A stretch of 64,000 nucleotides of DNA from Patescibacteria group bacterium (GCA_038064435.1 JBBTTC010000004.1:3615-67614), one strand, 5' to 3'; positions 40,923-50,455 are shown, counted from the stretch's first letter. Notes: generated by a model from the sequence alone, not told the origin. Translations and numbers: made by a program.

Positions 40923-40924
40923 AA

Positions 40925-41401
40925 TTACTTATTCAACAAGGGCGTATAGTATTCACCAATTGCTTTGTTGCTTATCTCTTTGTTGGAAGAATTATATGCT
41001 TCCCTCCAGGGTGTATGCGCGTGGGTGATGTCAACGAGTCGACTGGTCGAATACCCACCAAAAGCTTCCCAGACCCTTTTTAGTGTTTCTTTGTCCTCTT
41101 CAGAAATCGTACTTCTGTCCTCTTCAATAATAATAATGGCCTTGCTGCCATGTTTTTTCAGTTTGTGATAGACATTAGGAACCACTGGGCCAAACTCCCA
41201 GGCCTCAATCGGATCAGCAAAAAGGGGTTTGCCAATTTTTGCGAGAAAATAAACCTGGGCAAAATAAAGTATTTTCTGAAGCTTGAGATTGGTCACCCCC
41301 TCTCTTTCTTTGTTGTCTCCCACAACCTGTTGCGAACCCAGATAAATAAAATATTTCGCTACATCCTCGGCCTTATATAAGTTTTTTGATTGTGTGGCCA
41401 T
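40925..41401 (-). CDS. Panacea-domain (DUF4065, SocA/GepA-like) putative antitoxin
   Basis: KLQKILYFAQVYFLAKIGKPLFADPIEAWEFGPVVPNVYHKL matches the Panacea/DUF4065 core. Confidence 0.6.
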   Translation of the reverse strand: MATQSKNLYKAEDVAKYFIYLGSQQVVGDNKEREGVTNLKLQKILYFAQVYFLAKIGKPLFADPIEAWEFGPVVPNVYHKLKKHGSKAIIIIEEDRSTISEEDKETLKRVWEAFGGYSTSRLVDITHAHTPWREAYNSSNKEISNKAIGEYYTPLLNK

Positions 41402-41468
41402 CGTCGCTTACATTATACACTTTTTATTAAAATTCAATGATCACCTTTCAGAGTTGAATAATATCATC

Positions 41469-41933
41469 ATGCCAACATGGCGACACATCACAAGAATTGC
41501 CCTGGCCGCTCTGGTCGCCTGGTGGTTTTTTAGCTACGTTCTCGTCCCCATCCGCGTTTCAGGCCGGAGCATGGAACCTGCTTATGACAACAGCGACTTT
41601 AATTTTATTAATCGCACGGCCTATTGGCGCAAAAATCCGGCTCGGGGCGACGTGGTGGGCGTATCATTCACTGGGCAACGACTGATGTTACTCAAGCGCA
41701 TTGTGGGTCTGCCGGGCGAGAGTGTGGCCATCATTGATGGCCAGATTGAGATTAACGGGCAAGTGCTAAGCGAACCCTACGTGCAAACAGCGAAGCAACC
41801 GTGGCAAGTGCCAGCCGTGCACCTGTTGGACCAAGAATATTTTGTGGTCGGCGACAATCGCGACACAGCCCAAGCTGACCACGTTTTTGGCACGGTCAAA
41901 GCTGAACGAATGGTGGGTAAAATTTTATGGTAA
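41469..41933 (+). CDS. lepB: signal peptidase I
   Basis: S26 boxes SGRSMEP, LLKRIVGLPGE, VVGDNRDTAQADHVFG. Confidence 0.85.
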   Translation: MPTWRHITRIALAALVAWWFFSYVLVPIRVSGRSMEPAYDNSDFNFINRTAYWRKNPARGDVVGVSFTGQRLMLLKRIVGLPGESVAIIDGQIEINGQVLSEPYVQTAKQPWQVPAVHLLDQEYFVVGDNRDTAQADHVFGTVKAERMVGKILW

Positions 41934-42439
41934 GAAAAAATATGATCGTAATCATTGTTCTGGCTGTGATCATCGTCGCCGGCATTATTTTCTTCTGGTG
42001 GTGGTTTGGCGCCAATCATCAAATTAAAAAATTGCTTAACAGCTTGGAATCAACCATAAGTTTTGATAACCGACCAACCTTAATCGCGACCAGCATCAAA
42101 GCCGAGCGCCTGATTAATTATTTTTCCTCCGACGTGGCGCTCGACATCAAGAGTGATGACGGCCTAGTGGAATTGCATACCACCGACCGCGAAGAGATAA
42201 GAGATTACTTCCTGGCCAGCCTTCAGCGAGTATCGCTGATAAACGTCCGGTTTCTCGACACACAGATTAACGCCAACCGCGGCCGCGCCAGCTTGGAAAC
42301 AACCGCCCGCGTGAGGGTCCTCTCCGATTTTGGCGAAACAAACTTGATCCTCCCCTTGCGTATGGTACTTGAGCACTCATCGGGCGACTGGCAAATCCAA
42401 AGCGTCAGCTCAATTGAAATTATTAAGCGTTACCGCTAA
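41927..42439 (+). CDS. hypothetical membrane-anchored protein
   Basis: 170 aa with N-terminal TM. Confidence 0.4.
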   Translation: MVRKNMIVIIVLAVIIVAGIIFFWWWFGANHQIKKLLNSLESTISFDNRPTLIATSIKAERLINYFSSDVALDIKSDDGLVELHTTDREEIRDYFLASLQRVSLINVRFLDTQINANRGRASLETTARVRVLSDFGETNLILPLRMVLEHSSGDWQIQSVSSIEIIKRYR

Positions 42440-42457
42440 TCGATCCCCAAATATCCC

Positions 42458-42485
42458 TTGACAGGGTATATGGGTATGCTATAAT
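42458..42485 (+). promoter_or_regulatory. consensus sigma70-type promoter (TTGACA, 16-nt spacer, TATAAT)
   Basis: Exact -35 and -10 hexamers read directly. Confidence 0.6.
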
Positions 42486-42546
42486 AAAGACAGTTCTGTA
42501 TCGATCTGTTTAACTATCAGGAGGAGAAGAAAAGGAGGTGGATCAA

Positions 42547-42580
42547 AGGCGCACGGTCGCAAGACACGGCGCCTTTTTCT
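42547..42580 (+). terminator. terminator-like hairpin inside a 5' leader (possible attenuator or small RNA 3' end)
   Basis: aggcgc...gcgcct stem followed by ttttt, about 55 nt downstream of the promoter and 100 nt upstream of the next start. Confidence 0.45.
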
Positions 42581-42682
42581 GTTTCGGCCGAGACTCTGGA
42601 CTTATGGTCGGAGTGTCGCTAGCATTAAATCAGCGTTTAGTTGTTTGAAAACTTAAACATTACTTCTGCACAGGAGACACAG

Positions 42683-43462
42683 ATGAGAATGATCATGGTA
42701 ATGGTGGCGGTCGTGTTGATGGGTGGCTGTGCGAACAAAGTTGACTTCCGCCCGCCAGAGCGGGCGGCGGCGCAAGCAGTAGCCGATCGACCGATCGCCA
42801 CCGAAGTGGTGCCAATCAGCATTCCGCATGACGACACCAAACCGATGTGGGTGGTTGTGGTTGAGCCCTTCGACATGGGCGCCAGTGGCGTTACTTCCGG
42901 CAACGCTCCGGAGACCATTAACCCCGGTGAACAAATTGGTCGCGGCGTGTCGGCCCAGTTGGCCACGGCCCTGCGCCGAGTCGGCAACATTTCCGTCATG
43001 GATCAGAACATCTACGAACGGCGAGTAGCGGCTGGCACCTTCCGGCTCGGCGACAACGAGCGCGGCCCGTACATTATTAAGGGCACGGTCACGGAGTTTG
43101 GCGAGACCAATGATCAAAGCGGCCAAGGCTACAGCACTGGTCCCAATGTGCCGGCTATGTTCATCCCCTACGTCGGCGGCATTGTCTCATATGGCATCGG
43201 CACCGAAGCCAGTGCGGAAACAGAGCGGCGCGGCATGGTGGCCTTTGATCTGCAAATTATCGAGCCCGAAACCGGGCGCTTGCTGACCTCATTTGTAAGC
43301 GAGGGCACATTTGTGAGTGTGGCCAAGAGCACGCGGCAAACCAAGTGGGGCAATACCACCACCAAATCCGACGCGGCGGCCAGCGCCATCGGCCAAGCGC
43401 AACGCGTGGCTCTCAACAAAGCCGTGACTCAAATCCACGCCGAGCTCGCCGCTCGACCGTAA
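42683..43462 (+). CDS. CsgG-family lipoprotein (curli-type secretion channel-like)
   Basis: Lipobox LMGGC; IGRGVSAQLATALRRVGNISVMDQNIYERR and IIKGTVTEFGE resemble CsgG conserved blocks. Confidence 0.55.
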   Translation: MRMIMVMVAVVLMGGCANKVDFRPPERAAAQAVADRPIATEVVPISIPHDDTKPMWVVVVEPFDMGASGVTSGNAPETINPGEQIGRGVSAQLATALRRVGNISVMDQNIYERRVAAGTFRLGDNERGPYIIKGTVTEFGETNDQSGQGYSTGPNVPAMFIPYVGGIVSYGIGTEASAETERRGMVAFDLQIIEPETGRLLTSFVSEGTFVSVAKSTRQTKWGNTTTKSDAAASAIGQAQRVALNKAVTQIHAELAARP

Positions 43463-43488
43463 AAATAGGAGCGCGGTAAGCAAAACTC

Positions 43489-43522
43489 CATCACCCCTCC
43501 GCTGTGGCAGAGGGGTTTTTGT
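43489..43522 (+). terminator. intrinsic terminator
   Basis: cccctccgctgtggcagagggg followed by tttttgttt. Confidence 0.6.
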
Positions 43523-43629
43523 TTCCTCTGTTTGCCCCAACCGGCTAGTTGCTATTGGTAAAATTATATGGAAAGATAAACGCTCAGAAAGACCTAGTTG
43601 TTTAACATAAAAACAGAAGGGAGGCCACG

Positions 43630-44187
43630 ATGGCGAATATGCACATTGAGGTCGTTCGGGCAGTGTTTTGTTGCCGAGGCAAGGTGTTGTTGATCCTAGA
43701 GAACTTTGTTGCTAGCGACGGACTTTACTGGTTGCCGCCGGGCGGCAAAATAAAGGCCGGCGAACAAGCCGCGGACGCGCTTTATCGCGAACTGGAAGAA
43801 AAGCTCGGCCTCAACGAAACCCAGCGTCTCGCATTGGGGATCAGATTCAAAAGATACTGCAGACTCCAAGGTCCGGGTTGGCAACCGAAAGAAATCTTGT
43901 TCGTCCAACACTTTATCTGCGAGTTGAAGGAATTTTTTGATCCTGTTTTACTCGATGGCCAAGTAACTGCCCGCTGGCTTAACGCCGAACCAGCGGGCGG
44001 CAAGATCGGCGACATCACTCGATCATTGCTTGACCACCTAAGGCTCGACGGCTACCTTCGTCCGTCATCCTCTGCCCCCGTCATTCGCCGCGGTCCGCCA
44101 CAGGCGGACAGGCGAATGACGGGGGTTTTTATTTCACCCATGTCCGGGAACATATTCCCAAACCACGGCCGGTGTGATAAGAATTAA
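43630..44187 (+). CDS. NUDIX hydrolase
   Basis: Nudix box GGKIKAGEQAADALYRELEEKLGL. Confidence 0.7.
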   Translation: MANMHIEVVRAVFCCRGKVLLILENFVASDGLYWLPPGGKIKAGEQAADALYRELEEKLGLNETQRLALGIRFKRYCRLQGPGWQPKEILFVQHFICELKEFFDPVLLDGQVTARWLNAEPAGGKIGDITRSLLDHLRLDGYLRPSSSAPVIRRGPPQADRRMTGVFISPMSGNIFPNHGRCDKN

Positions 44188-44226
44188 AGTGGCATTAGAA
44201 CCTTAACAACCGAAAGGGGGTGCGAG

Positions 44227-44907
44227 ATGGATTGTAATCGACTGATGCCCGATGATTTTTTCGAAACGTTTGATTTTGCTGAAGATCGCCCGCGTTGCCT
44301 ACTTCGGCGCGGCCACCGTGGCGAACATCTATCTCGCCTCCTCGAAGGCCACTTCATTAGCTGGCTGTCGGGTCGAAATGGTCACCCCTGGCAGTGGTCG
44401 GAAGTGGTGCCGTCGGCCGCGGCCAAACTAATTTATCGATTGCAGCCAGCAAGCGAGATTAAGAAAAAGATCATTGAATGGCGAGGTGTCATCCGTTGGC
44501 ATCGCGACCAAGTGGGTCATGATCGCTGTTGGCTTGACGACGGACACGTTTATAAAATCGTGCTTGGCCTTGAGACAACACACCCGCCCAGCAAAACGGT
44601 GTGTGAAGATTTATGTACCCAATATCACCACGGTCGGTCGGGGAAAAAATTTATTCGCGGCCAGAATAAGTTAAATGGAAAAAAGCCCGACGATGATTTA
44701 GAGAAAATGAGTCGGCACCGACTTGAACTAGAATGGGCCAAATTACTCAAGGCGGTGACTGCCCACTATCGACTAGGTGACGGCGAACGACTGGCGCGCG
44801 ATGACCAGAAACTATATCGTGTCCTACCAGAAAAAACTCCGGCTGACCAACGCCTGCCGACGGCTAATGAATTCAAACAAGGCTGTCGAGAATTTCTCGG
44901 CTGGTAA
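44227..44907 (+). CDS. hypothetical protein
   Basis: 226 aa, His/Cys-containing (HRGEH, HDRCW, CEDLC), no recognised domain; followed by a hairpin and T-run. Confidence 0.4.
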   Translation: MDCNRLMPDDFFETFDFAEDRPRCLLRRGHRGEHLSRLLEGHFISWLSGRNGHPWQWSEVVPSAAAKLIYRLQPASEIKKKIIEWRGVIRWHRDQVGHDRCWLDDGHVYKIVLGLETTHPPSKTVCEDLCTQYHHGRSGKKFIRGQNKLNGKKPDDDLEKMSRHRLELEWAKLLKAVTAHYRLGDGERLARDDQKLYRVLPEKTPADQRLPTANEFKQGCREFLGW

Positions 44908-44932
44908 CCCCGTTGATTTTTCGGCGGGGTTT

Positions 44933-45145
44933 TTATTTCTTTAATAACCTCCAGCCCGTGACGGCTAAGTAACCAGCAACGAGAAAAGCGGCGGCACTCC
45001 ACCAGAGCGGAATGTCTAAACCAGCCACCATGGCCGGCCAGTTGTTAACAAATCTCCAACCGTGGAGAAGCGCGATTAGGGCAAAAATTGTCGCTGTCAA
45101 ACTAAAATATTTTTTTGTTTCCATATTGTTTATTGTACCATACAC
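44933..45145 (-). CDS. small two-TM membrane protein
   Basis: 70-aa ORF with two hydrophobic helices. Confidence 0.35.
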   Translation of the reverse strand: MYGTINNMETKKYFSLTATIFALIALLHGWRFVNNWPAMVAGLDIPLWWSAAAFLVAGYLAVTGWRLLKK

Positions 45146-45151
45146 ACAAGT

Positions 45152-45180
45152 TTGACTTTAAAGCCCATGTGGATTAATAT
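45152..45180 (+). promoter_or_regulatory. sigma70-like promoter for infC operon (TTGACT, 17-nt spacer, TAATAT)
   Basis: Hexamers read directly, about 25 nt upstream of the infC start. Confidence 0.45.
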
Positions 45181-45204
45181 GACTCAAACTAAGCCCAGGA
45201 AGAA

Positions 45205-45825
45205 TTGAGAGAAAGAATCAATATCAATCATCAAATTAGAGCCGCCGAACTGCGCGTCGTGGACGAAGCGGGGGCTAACCTGGGGGTTTTGTCATTATCG
45301 GCAGCTCTAGCCTTAGCTCTAGAGCAGGGTCAAGATCTGATTGAAATCTCCCCCACGGCCCGACCACCAGTGGCCAAGATAATGGACTACGGCAAATTCC
45401 AGTACCTTAGCAACAAGAAAAACAAGTCTGCCAAAACTAAAACCGCCGCCACCGAAACTAAATCTATCCAGATTAAAATCGGGACGGGTGACCACGACCT
45501 ATCTATTAAGGCCGGCAAGGTCTCGGATTTTCTCAAGGAGGGTCATCGGGTCAAAGTGGAATTGTTTTTATCTGGTCGGGCCAAATATTTTGAAGCCAAG
45601 TTTTTAGAGGAACGGCTGGCTCGCGTCCTCAAGTTTATTACCGAAAATTATCGGGTCGCCGACGGCCCCGTGCGCGGCCCACGCGGACTAAGCGTGATCA
45701 TCGAACGAATCAAGGGACAAAAGGAAACAAATTCTCATGAAAACCAACAAGTCATTTCAGAAGAGGTTAAGGTTAACCCGTCGCGGCAAAGTGCTGGCGC
45801 GCCAACCGGGCAAAAACCACTTTAA
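45205..45825 (+). CDS. infC: translation initiation factor IF-3
   Basis: IF-3 N- and C-domain similarity; non-AUG start (TTG/ATY) is typical for infC; about 30-aa C-terminal extension overlapping rpmI. Confidence 0.8.
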   Translation: MRERININHQIRAAELRVVDEAGANLGVLSLSAALALALEQGQDLIEISPTARPPVAKIMDYGKFQYLSNKKNKSAKTKTAATETKSIQIKIGTGDHDLSIKAGKVSDFLKEGHRVKVELFLSGRAKYFEAKFLEERLARVLKFITENYRVADGPVRGPRGLSVIIERIKGQKETNSHENQQVISEEVKVNPSRQSAGAPTGQKPL

Positions 45826-45919
45826 CGCCAAACAGCGTCGCTCCAAACAGCTCAGCCAAAATCGCTTGGCCGAGTTTAATATTCGTCACAAAACCCTAAG
45901 CAGTTACCTAGCCCATTAA
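45737..45919 (+). CDS. rpmI: 50S ribosomal protein L35
   Basis: MKTNKSFQKRLRLTRRGKVLAR, 60 aa. Confidence 0.8.
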   Translation: MKTNKSFQKRLRLTRRGKVLARQPGKNHFNAKQRRSKQLSQNRLAEFNIRHKTLSSYLAH

Positions 45920-45925
45920 ACTACT

Positions 45926-46285
45926 ATGCCAAGAGTAAAACGTGCCACCATTGCCATTAAACGCCGCCGCAAAATTCTTAAAGCGGCTAAGGGTTATCGC
46001 TTTGGCCGCAGTAAAAAAGAACGCGAAGCGCGCACGGCCCTTTACCACGCCGGTCTCCATGCTTTCGCTCATCGCCGCGATAAAAAGAATGATTTCCGTC
46101 GCCTGTGGCAAATCCAGATCAATGCCGCCGTTCGCCCGCTCGGTCTTAGTTACAGTCGTTTTATTTATTTACTCAAACAAAAAAAGGTCCGTTTGGATCG
46201 AAAGATTCTGGCCGCGTTGGCCCAATCCCAACCGACCGCCTTCGGCGGCCTAGTGCAAATTCTTAAAACACCCGCTGGTCGCTAA
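45926..46285 (+). CDS. rplT: 50S ribosomal protein L20
   Basis: MPRVKRATIAIKRRRKILKAAKGYRFGRSK. Confidence 0.9.
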   Translation: MPRVKRATIAIKRRRKILKAAKGYRFGRSKKEREARTALYHAGLHAFAHRRDKKNDFRRLWQIQINAAVRPLGLSYSRFIYLLKQKKVRLDRKILAALAQSQPTAFGGLVQILKTPAGR

Positions 46286-46841
46286 ATTTGTTTTTGGCCA
46301 CCAATTCCAGCACCCGGGCCACGAGTTTGGCCGGATCAGAATCAAAGATCACCAAATCATTAGGCCGTTGACCCTTATCAATAATGTCTTTAATCAGCTC
46401 GTCAGTCGGCCAATCGCCCTGCAAAACACCAATAGGCTTGTGATCCTCGAATGCCACCGAAAACTCGTTGATCGTCCCCACGCGCCCACAACCAATTAAA
46501 ATCCCGTCTGACGAACGAGTTAATAATAAATTACGCCCCGAATAACCAAAGCCGGTGTAGATAATTAGATCAAGATAATCAACCGGCAGACCGTAATTTT
46601 CCACATGATCCCGTTCGTTGTAGGCCGGTGACAAACCCAGAGAAACACCGCCGGCCTCTTTGGCGCCGATCGTCGCCCAGAGCGGAAAACCAGTAGTGGC
46701 ACCCGTTACCAGTACGGCCCCCTGCTTCACCACTTGTCGCCCCAGTTCCTTGGCAATTTCTAATGCGTTAATACCGCAGTGGCCAGTCTCGGCGGCACCC
46801 GAGACGCACAGCTTAACTTTTCGATGATCATGTTTGCTCAT
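46263..46841 (-). CDS. LOG/TIGR00725-family Rossmann-fold protein
   Basis: VSGAAETGHCG...VLVTGATTG...GYSGRNLLLTR pattern. Confidence 0.6.
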   Translation of the reverse strand: MSKHDHRKVKLCVSGAAETGHCGINALEIAKELGRQVVKQGAVLVTGATTGFPLWATIGAKEAGGVSLGLSPAYNERDHVENYGLPVDYLDLIIYTGFGYSGRNLLLTRSSDGILIGCGRVGTINEFSVAFEDHKPIGVLQGDWPTDELIKDIIDKGQRPNDLVIFDSDPAKLVARVLELVAKNKFSDQRVF

Positions 46842-46861
46842 GAATTGTTAATTATAACAAA

Positions 46862-48223
46862 CTACAAAGTAAATTCCTGACCGGCCACTGGCGCCACAGC
46901 ATCAAGACCAACATAATCACGTAAACGTTGAGTTAGAAACCAAGATGCTTCCGGTTCACCCAGAGCAACAAAGACTTTTTTCAATCCGTCCGGCGCCTGG
47001 CGAATAAAATCCACCAATCCCGGCCCGTCTTTATGCGCCGAGTAGCCGCCAGCCATCACCACTCGCGCGCGCACGTCCACGGTCTCACCGGCAATCGTCA
47101 CGGTCTTAACCCCATCCTGCAGTAATCGACCCAGACTACCGGCGGCCTGGTAACCTACCAGCAATAGCGCACTGTGTGGATCAGATAAGTAGCGTCGTTC
47201 ATGATGCAAAATTCTCCCTCCATTCGACATGCCCGAACCAGCAATAATAATTTTGCGCTGATTGACCAAATTGATAGCCTTAGATTCATCGGTGGTGAGG
47301 GTCATTTTAAGTTGGGGGAAACGAAACAAACTGCCGGGCTGGCCACCATAAAGCAGATCGGGTTTGAGATAATCAGCAAAATATTTCTGGTAAACTGCCG
47401 TGACCTTAATAGCGAGCGGTGAGTCTAAAAAAACCGGCACTAGCGGCACGCGCGAATGAGTCATCATTGCCTTGACTTCGTAGAGCAGCTCCTGCGTGCG
47501 CTCGATGGAAAAGGCCGGGATGAGCAAGGTGCCACCGACATGCATTGTTTCTTCAATAATACGCTCCAGTTTTTCCTGCCGCATTGATGAAACCTCGTGT
47601 TGGCGATTGCCATACACACTTTCTGTTACCACGTAATCAATCGCCGGTAATGACTCAACGTCAGGCAACAGTGGCATAGGCGAATTACCCACATCGCCGG
47701 TAAACATAAACCGTTCGCCATCCGCTGTAATCATGATCATGGCCGAGCCAAGAATGTGACCAGCGTTAAACAGTTCCGCTTTTATGCCGCCAGACAGTTC
47801 CTGAATTTGATGATACGGGAGTACCTGCCACAACTTCATCGTCTCAACGATGTCGGCCTCCTCGTAGAGCGGTTCGGGCTGACGACTTTTATTGCGCGCC
47901 GCCTCTTTGGCCAACACCCCCAAACTGTCATGAAGGCCAAGCTCGGCCAACTCGCGCGTTGGTGCCGTGGAAAAAATTTGCCCGCGGAAACCCTGCCGCA
48001 CCAAACGCGGTATGCGACCAATGTGGTCAAGGTGGGCATGAGTGATAAAAAGGTAATTGACACCAGCCGGCGAGTAAGGAAAGGGAGCAAAATTTTTATC
48101 CTCGGCCACTTGCCGACCCTGGATCAAACCACAATCCACGAGCAAACGGTGGCCGTCATTAGTAGTGAGTAAAAAGTTGGCACCCGTCACACTTCCGGCC
48201 CCACCACAAAAAGCTAGCTTCAT
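46862..48223 (-). CDS. metallo-beta-lactamase fold hydrolase, beta-CASP family (RNA-processing nuclease-like)
   Basis: HAHLDH motif plus beta-CASP-like C-terminal region, 453 aa. Confidence 0.7.
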   Translation of the reverse strand: MKLAFCGGAGSVTGANFLLTTNDGHRLLVDCGLIQGRQVAEDKNFAPFPYSPAGVNYLFITHAHLDHIGRIPRLVRQGFRGQIFSTAPTRELAELGLHDSLGVLAKEAARNKSRQPEPLYEEADIVETMKLWQVLPYHQIQELSGGIKAELFNAGHILGSAMIMITADGERFMFTGDVGNSPMPLLPDVESLPAIDYVVTESVYGNRQHEVSSMRQEKLERIIEETMHVGGTLLIPAFSIERTQELLYEVKAMMTHSRVPLVPVFLDSPLAIKVTAVYQKYFADYLKPDLLYGGQPGSLFRFPQLKMTLTTDESKAINLVNQRKIIIAGSGMSNGGRILHHERRYLSDPHSALLLVGYQAAGSLGRLLQDGVKTVTIAGETVDVRARVVMAGGYSAHKDGPGLVDFIRQAPDGLKKVFVALGEPEASWFLTQRLRDYVGLDAVAPVAGQEFTL

Positions 48224-48246
48224 GTCCTAATTCTAACAGAGAAAAT

Positions 48247-48286
48247 GAAAACCCGTTCGTCAGCCGCGGCTGACGAACGGGTTTTC
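48247..48286. terminator. bidirectional intrinsic terminator
   Basis: aaaacccgttcgtcagc-cgcg-gctgacgaacgggtttt: perfect 13-bp stem with A- and T-runs on either side. Confidence 0.65.
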
Positions 48287-48442
48287 ATTACCGGTTACTT
48301 GGAGGAAAGACTAACTAAAATAAGGTGGGTTCCCGCAAAGACAAGCCACGGCTCGCCCTATTTTAGGATCCCGATTAAAGATCGTTAGGTCCCCCAAATA
48401 ACCTACCCTAATTATACCCCCGCCACACAATCAAGCAAATAA

Positions 48443-48928
48443 TTAATCCACACCCCGCTCATCTTCCGATCCCAAATAGAGGAAATCGGGTTTGCTATAG
48501 CCGTGGATCTCGTCCGCGGTAAAGAAGCGGCGGATCTCGACGACGGCCGTTTCTACCGAGTCCGAGGCATGAACAATATTGGTCTGACCACTCAAAGAAA
48601 AATCGCCACGGATACTACCGGCGTCAGCCTCATAACCCTTGGTTGGTCCGACGATCAGTCGCACGGCCTGCACCGCCTTAATACCCGAAACCACGATTAG
48701 CGCCACCGGCGCCGATTGCATAAATCGCTTCAGCGAACCAAAAAAGGCCTTGTCTTTGTGATGAGCATAGTGATCGTCAAGCGTCACATCGCCCAACCGA
48801 GCCATCTTGAGAGCAATGATTTTTAACCCTTTCTGTTCTAAGCGAGAAATGATCGCCCCGAGCAAGCTGCGCTGAATAGCATCTGGCTTAACAATAATTA
48901 AACTTTGTTCTTCCAAATTTTTAGCCAT
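48443..48928 (-). CDS. ndk: nucleoside diphosphate kinase
   Basis: LIIVKPDAIQRSLLGAIISRLEQKGLKI and the active-site His region. Confidence 0.85.
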   Translation of the reverse strand: MAKNLEEQSLIIVKPDAIQRSLLGAIISRLEQKGLKIIALKMARLGDVTLDDHYAHHKDKAFFGSLKRFMQSAPVALIVVSGIKAVQAVRLIVGPTKGYEADAGSIRGDFSLSGQTNIVHASDSVETAVVEIRRFFTADEIHGYSKPDFLYLGSEDERGVD

Positions 48929-48937
48929 AAAAATATT

Positions 48938-49693
48938 CTAGACTGTTAAAATTTCGCTACCGCGCTCCGTCACTACCGCCGTGTGTTCAAAGTGGGCACT
49001 GCGACTGCCATCGCGAGTGAGATAGGTAAAGCCGTCGGACGACAGCCTAACCGTGCCACCGCCCAAGGTCAACATTGGCTCAATGGCCAAAACCTCACTA
49101 GCGACCACCCGCTCGCCCTCACCCGCCTGACCTATGTTGGGCACGAGCGGTTCTTCGTGCACTTCGCGCCCGACCCCGTGGCCACCCAAGGCCGTCACCA
49201 ATCCCAATTTCTCCACGCGCGCCACGGCCGCTACGGCCGCACCCACATCGCCCAAACGTCCGCCAGCGCGCAAAGCGCCAATACCAGCCAACAAAGCTCG
49301 ACGGGTGATCTCAATGAGCCGTGCGGATTCCTGATCAACTTGCCCCACCGGCACAGTAATGGCCATATCGGTAAACAAACCCTGGTGGCGCAAGCCCAAA
49401 TCTAAACTAACAATATCGCCTTCTACAATTACGCGCCCACCGGGCAATCCATGCACCACTTCATCGTTGACCGATACACACAGGGCAGCAGGAAAGGGCT
49501 GGCGGGCGCCGGCCGGTTGGTAGTTCAAAAAAGCCGGCTCATCACCGCCGGCGGTGATCAAATTACGGGCTAGCGAATCAAGCTCGAGCGTGGTGACTCC
49601 GGGCCTAACGGCCGTGGCCACTTGACGTAAAATAGCAGCTAAACGCGCGCCCCCGGCGCGCAAAATTTTAACCTCGGCCACGCTCGCCCTCAT
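48938..49693 (-). CDS. map: type I methionine aminopeptidase
   Basis: Pita-bread fold metal ligands; 251 aa. Confidence 0.85.
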   Translation of the reverse strand: MRASVAEVKILRAGGARLAAILRQVATAVRPGVTTLELDSLARNLITAGGDEPAFLNYQPAGARQPFPAALCVSVNDEVVHGLPGGRVIVEGDIVSLDLGLRHQGLFTDMAITVPVGQVDQESARLIEITRRALLAGIGALRAGGRLGDVGAAVAAVARVEKLGLVTALGGHGVGREVHEEPLVPNIGQAGEGERVVASEVLAIEPMLTLGGGTVRLSSDGFTYLTRDGSRSAHFEHTAVVTERGSEILTV

Positions 49694-50295
49694 ACCAACC
49701 GAGCAATCTCCGTGGCAATGGCCGCCACTGATTGATCACCAGCAATAGCAGTAAAGCGATAGCGCGGCTGGGAATGATAATAATCAAGTACCGGCACCAC
49801 GTCACGGTCAAACCAATCTAAACGCTTTTCATTGCCGGTGGTGTCACGATCATCAATCCGACCGCGTCCAGCCAAACGTTCAAGCGATACCGCCCGATTA
49901 ACTTCCAGAAAAACTATTTCTCGTTTATTAATACCGTACAAATCAAGGGCCGTATCGAGCGCCTCGGCTTCAATTAACGAACGGGCGGCGCCGTCAAAAA
50001 CCAAGTGTTGGTCGCCACGAAAATTATTAACCAACAAATTACTCCACGCCCAAACGGCCAAAAAACTGGCACTGCGTTCGCCTCGCTCCATGGCGGCCTT
50101 GGCTAGTCGAGCAGTATGATTAGTTTGGTTGACTAGTTCACGCAGAGAATTCCCCGGCTCGATGTATAAAACATTATCTTGACCCAAATGCTCAATTAAC
50201 AACTTGGCTTGAGTGCCCTTGCCAGCGGCCGAGCGACCCATAAAAATAAAGGCGACTGGTTCAGGCACGGAAAAAGATGACCACCGCCACCGCAA
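49690..50295 (-). CDS. adk: adenylate kinase
   Basis: P-loop GRSAAGKGTQ; sits after secY. Confidence 0.8.
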   Translation of the reverse strand: MRWRWSSFSVPEPVAFIFMGRSAAGKGTQAKLLIEHLGQDNVLYIEPGNSLRELVNQTNHTARLAKAAMERGERSASFLAVWAWSNLLVNNFRGDQHLVFDGAARSLIEAEALDTALDLYGINKREIVFLEVNRAVSLERLAGRGRIDDRDTTGNEKRLDWFDRDVVPVLDYYHSQPRYRFTAIAGDQSVAAIATEIARLV

Positions 50296-50455
50296 AAATG
50301 ATCAAGGCAAAAACCATCAAATAACGATTGGCGGCGCGATTATCAGCAATCCGGCCGCCAGATAAACGCACCAACCATCCGGCCAACCCGCCACCAGACG
50401 ACCGGCCGCGGCCACCGTAATATTCTTCATCGGGATTCAAAATAACCTGATTCAT
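50261..50455 (-). CDS. small membrane protein
   Basis: 64 aa, Gly/Arg-rich N-terminus and one TM; between secY and adk. Confidence 0.3.
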   Translation of the reverse strand: MNQVILNPDEEYYGGRGRSSGGGLAGWLVRLSGGRIADNRAANRYLMVFALIIFAVAVVIFFRA

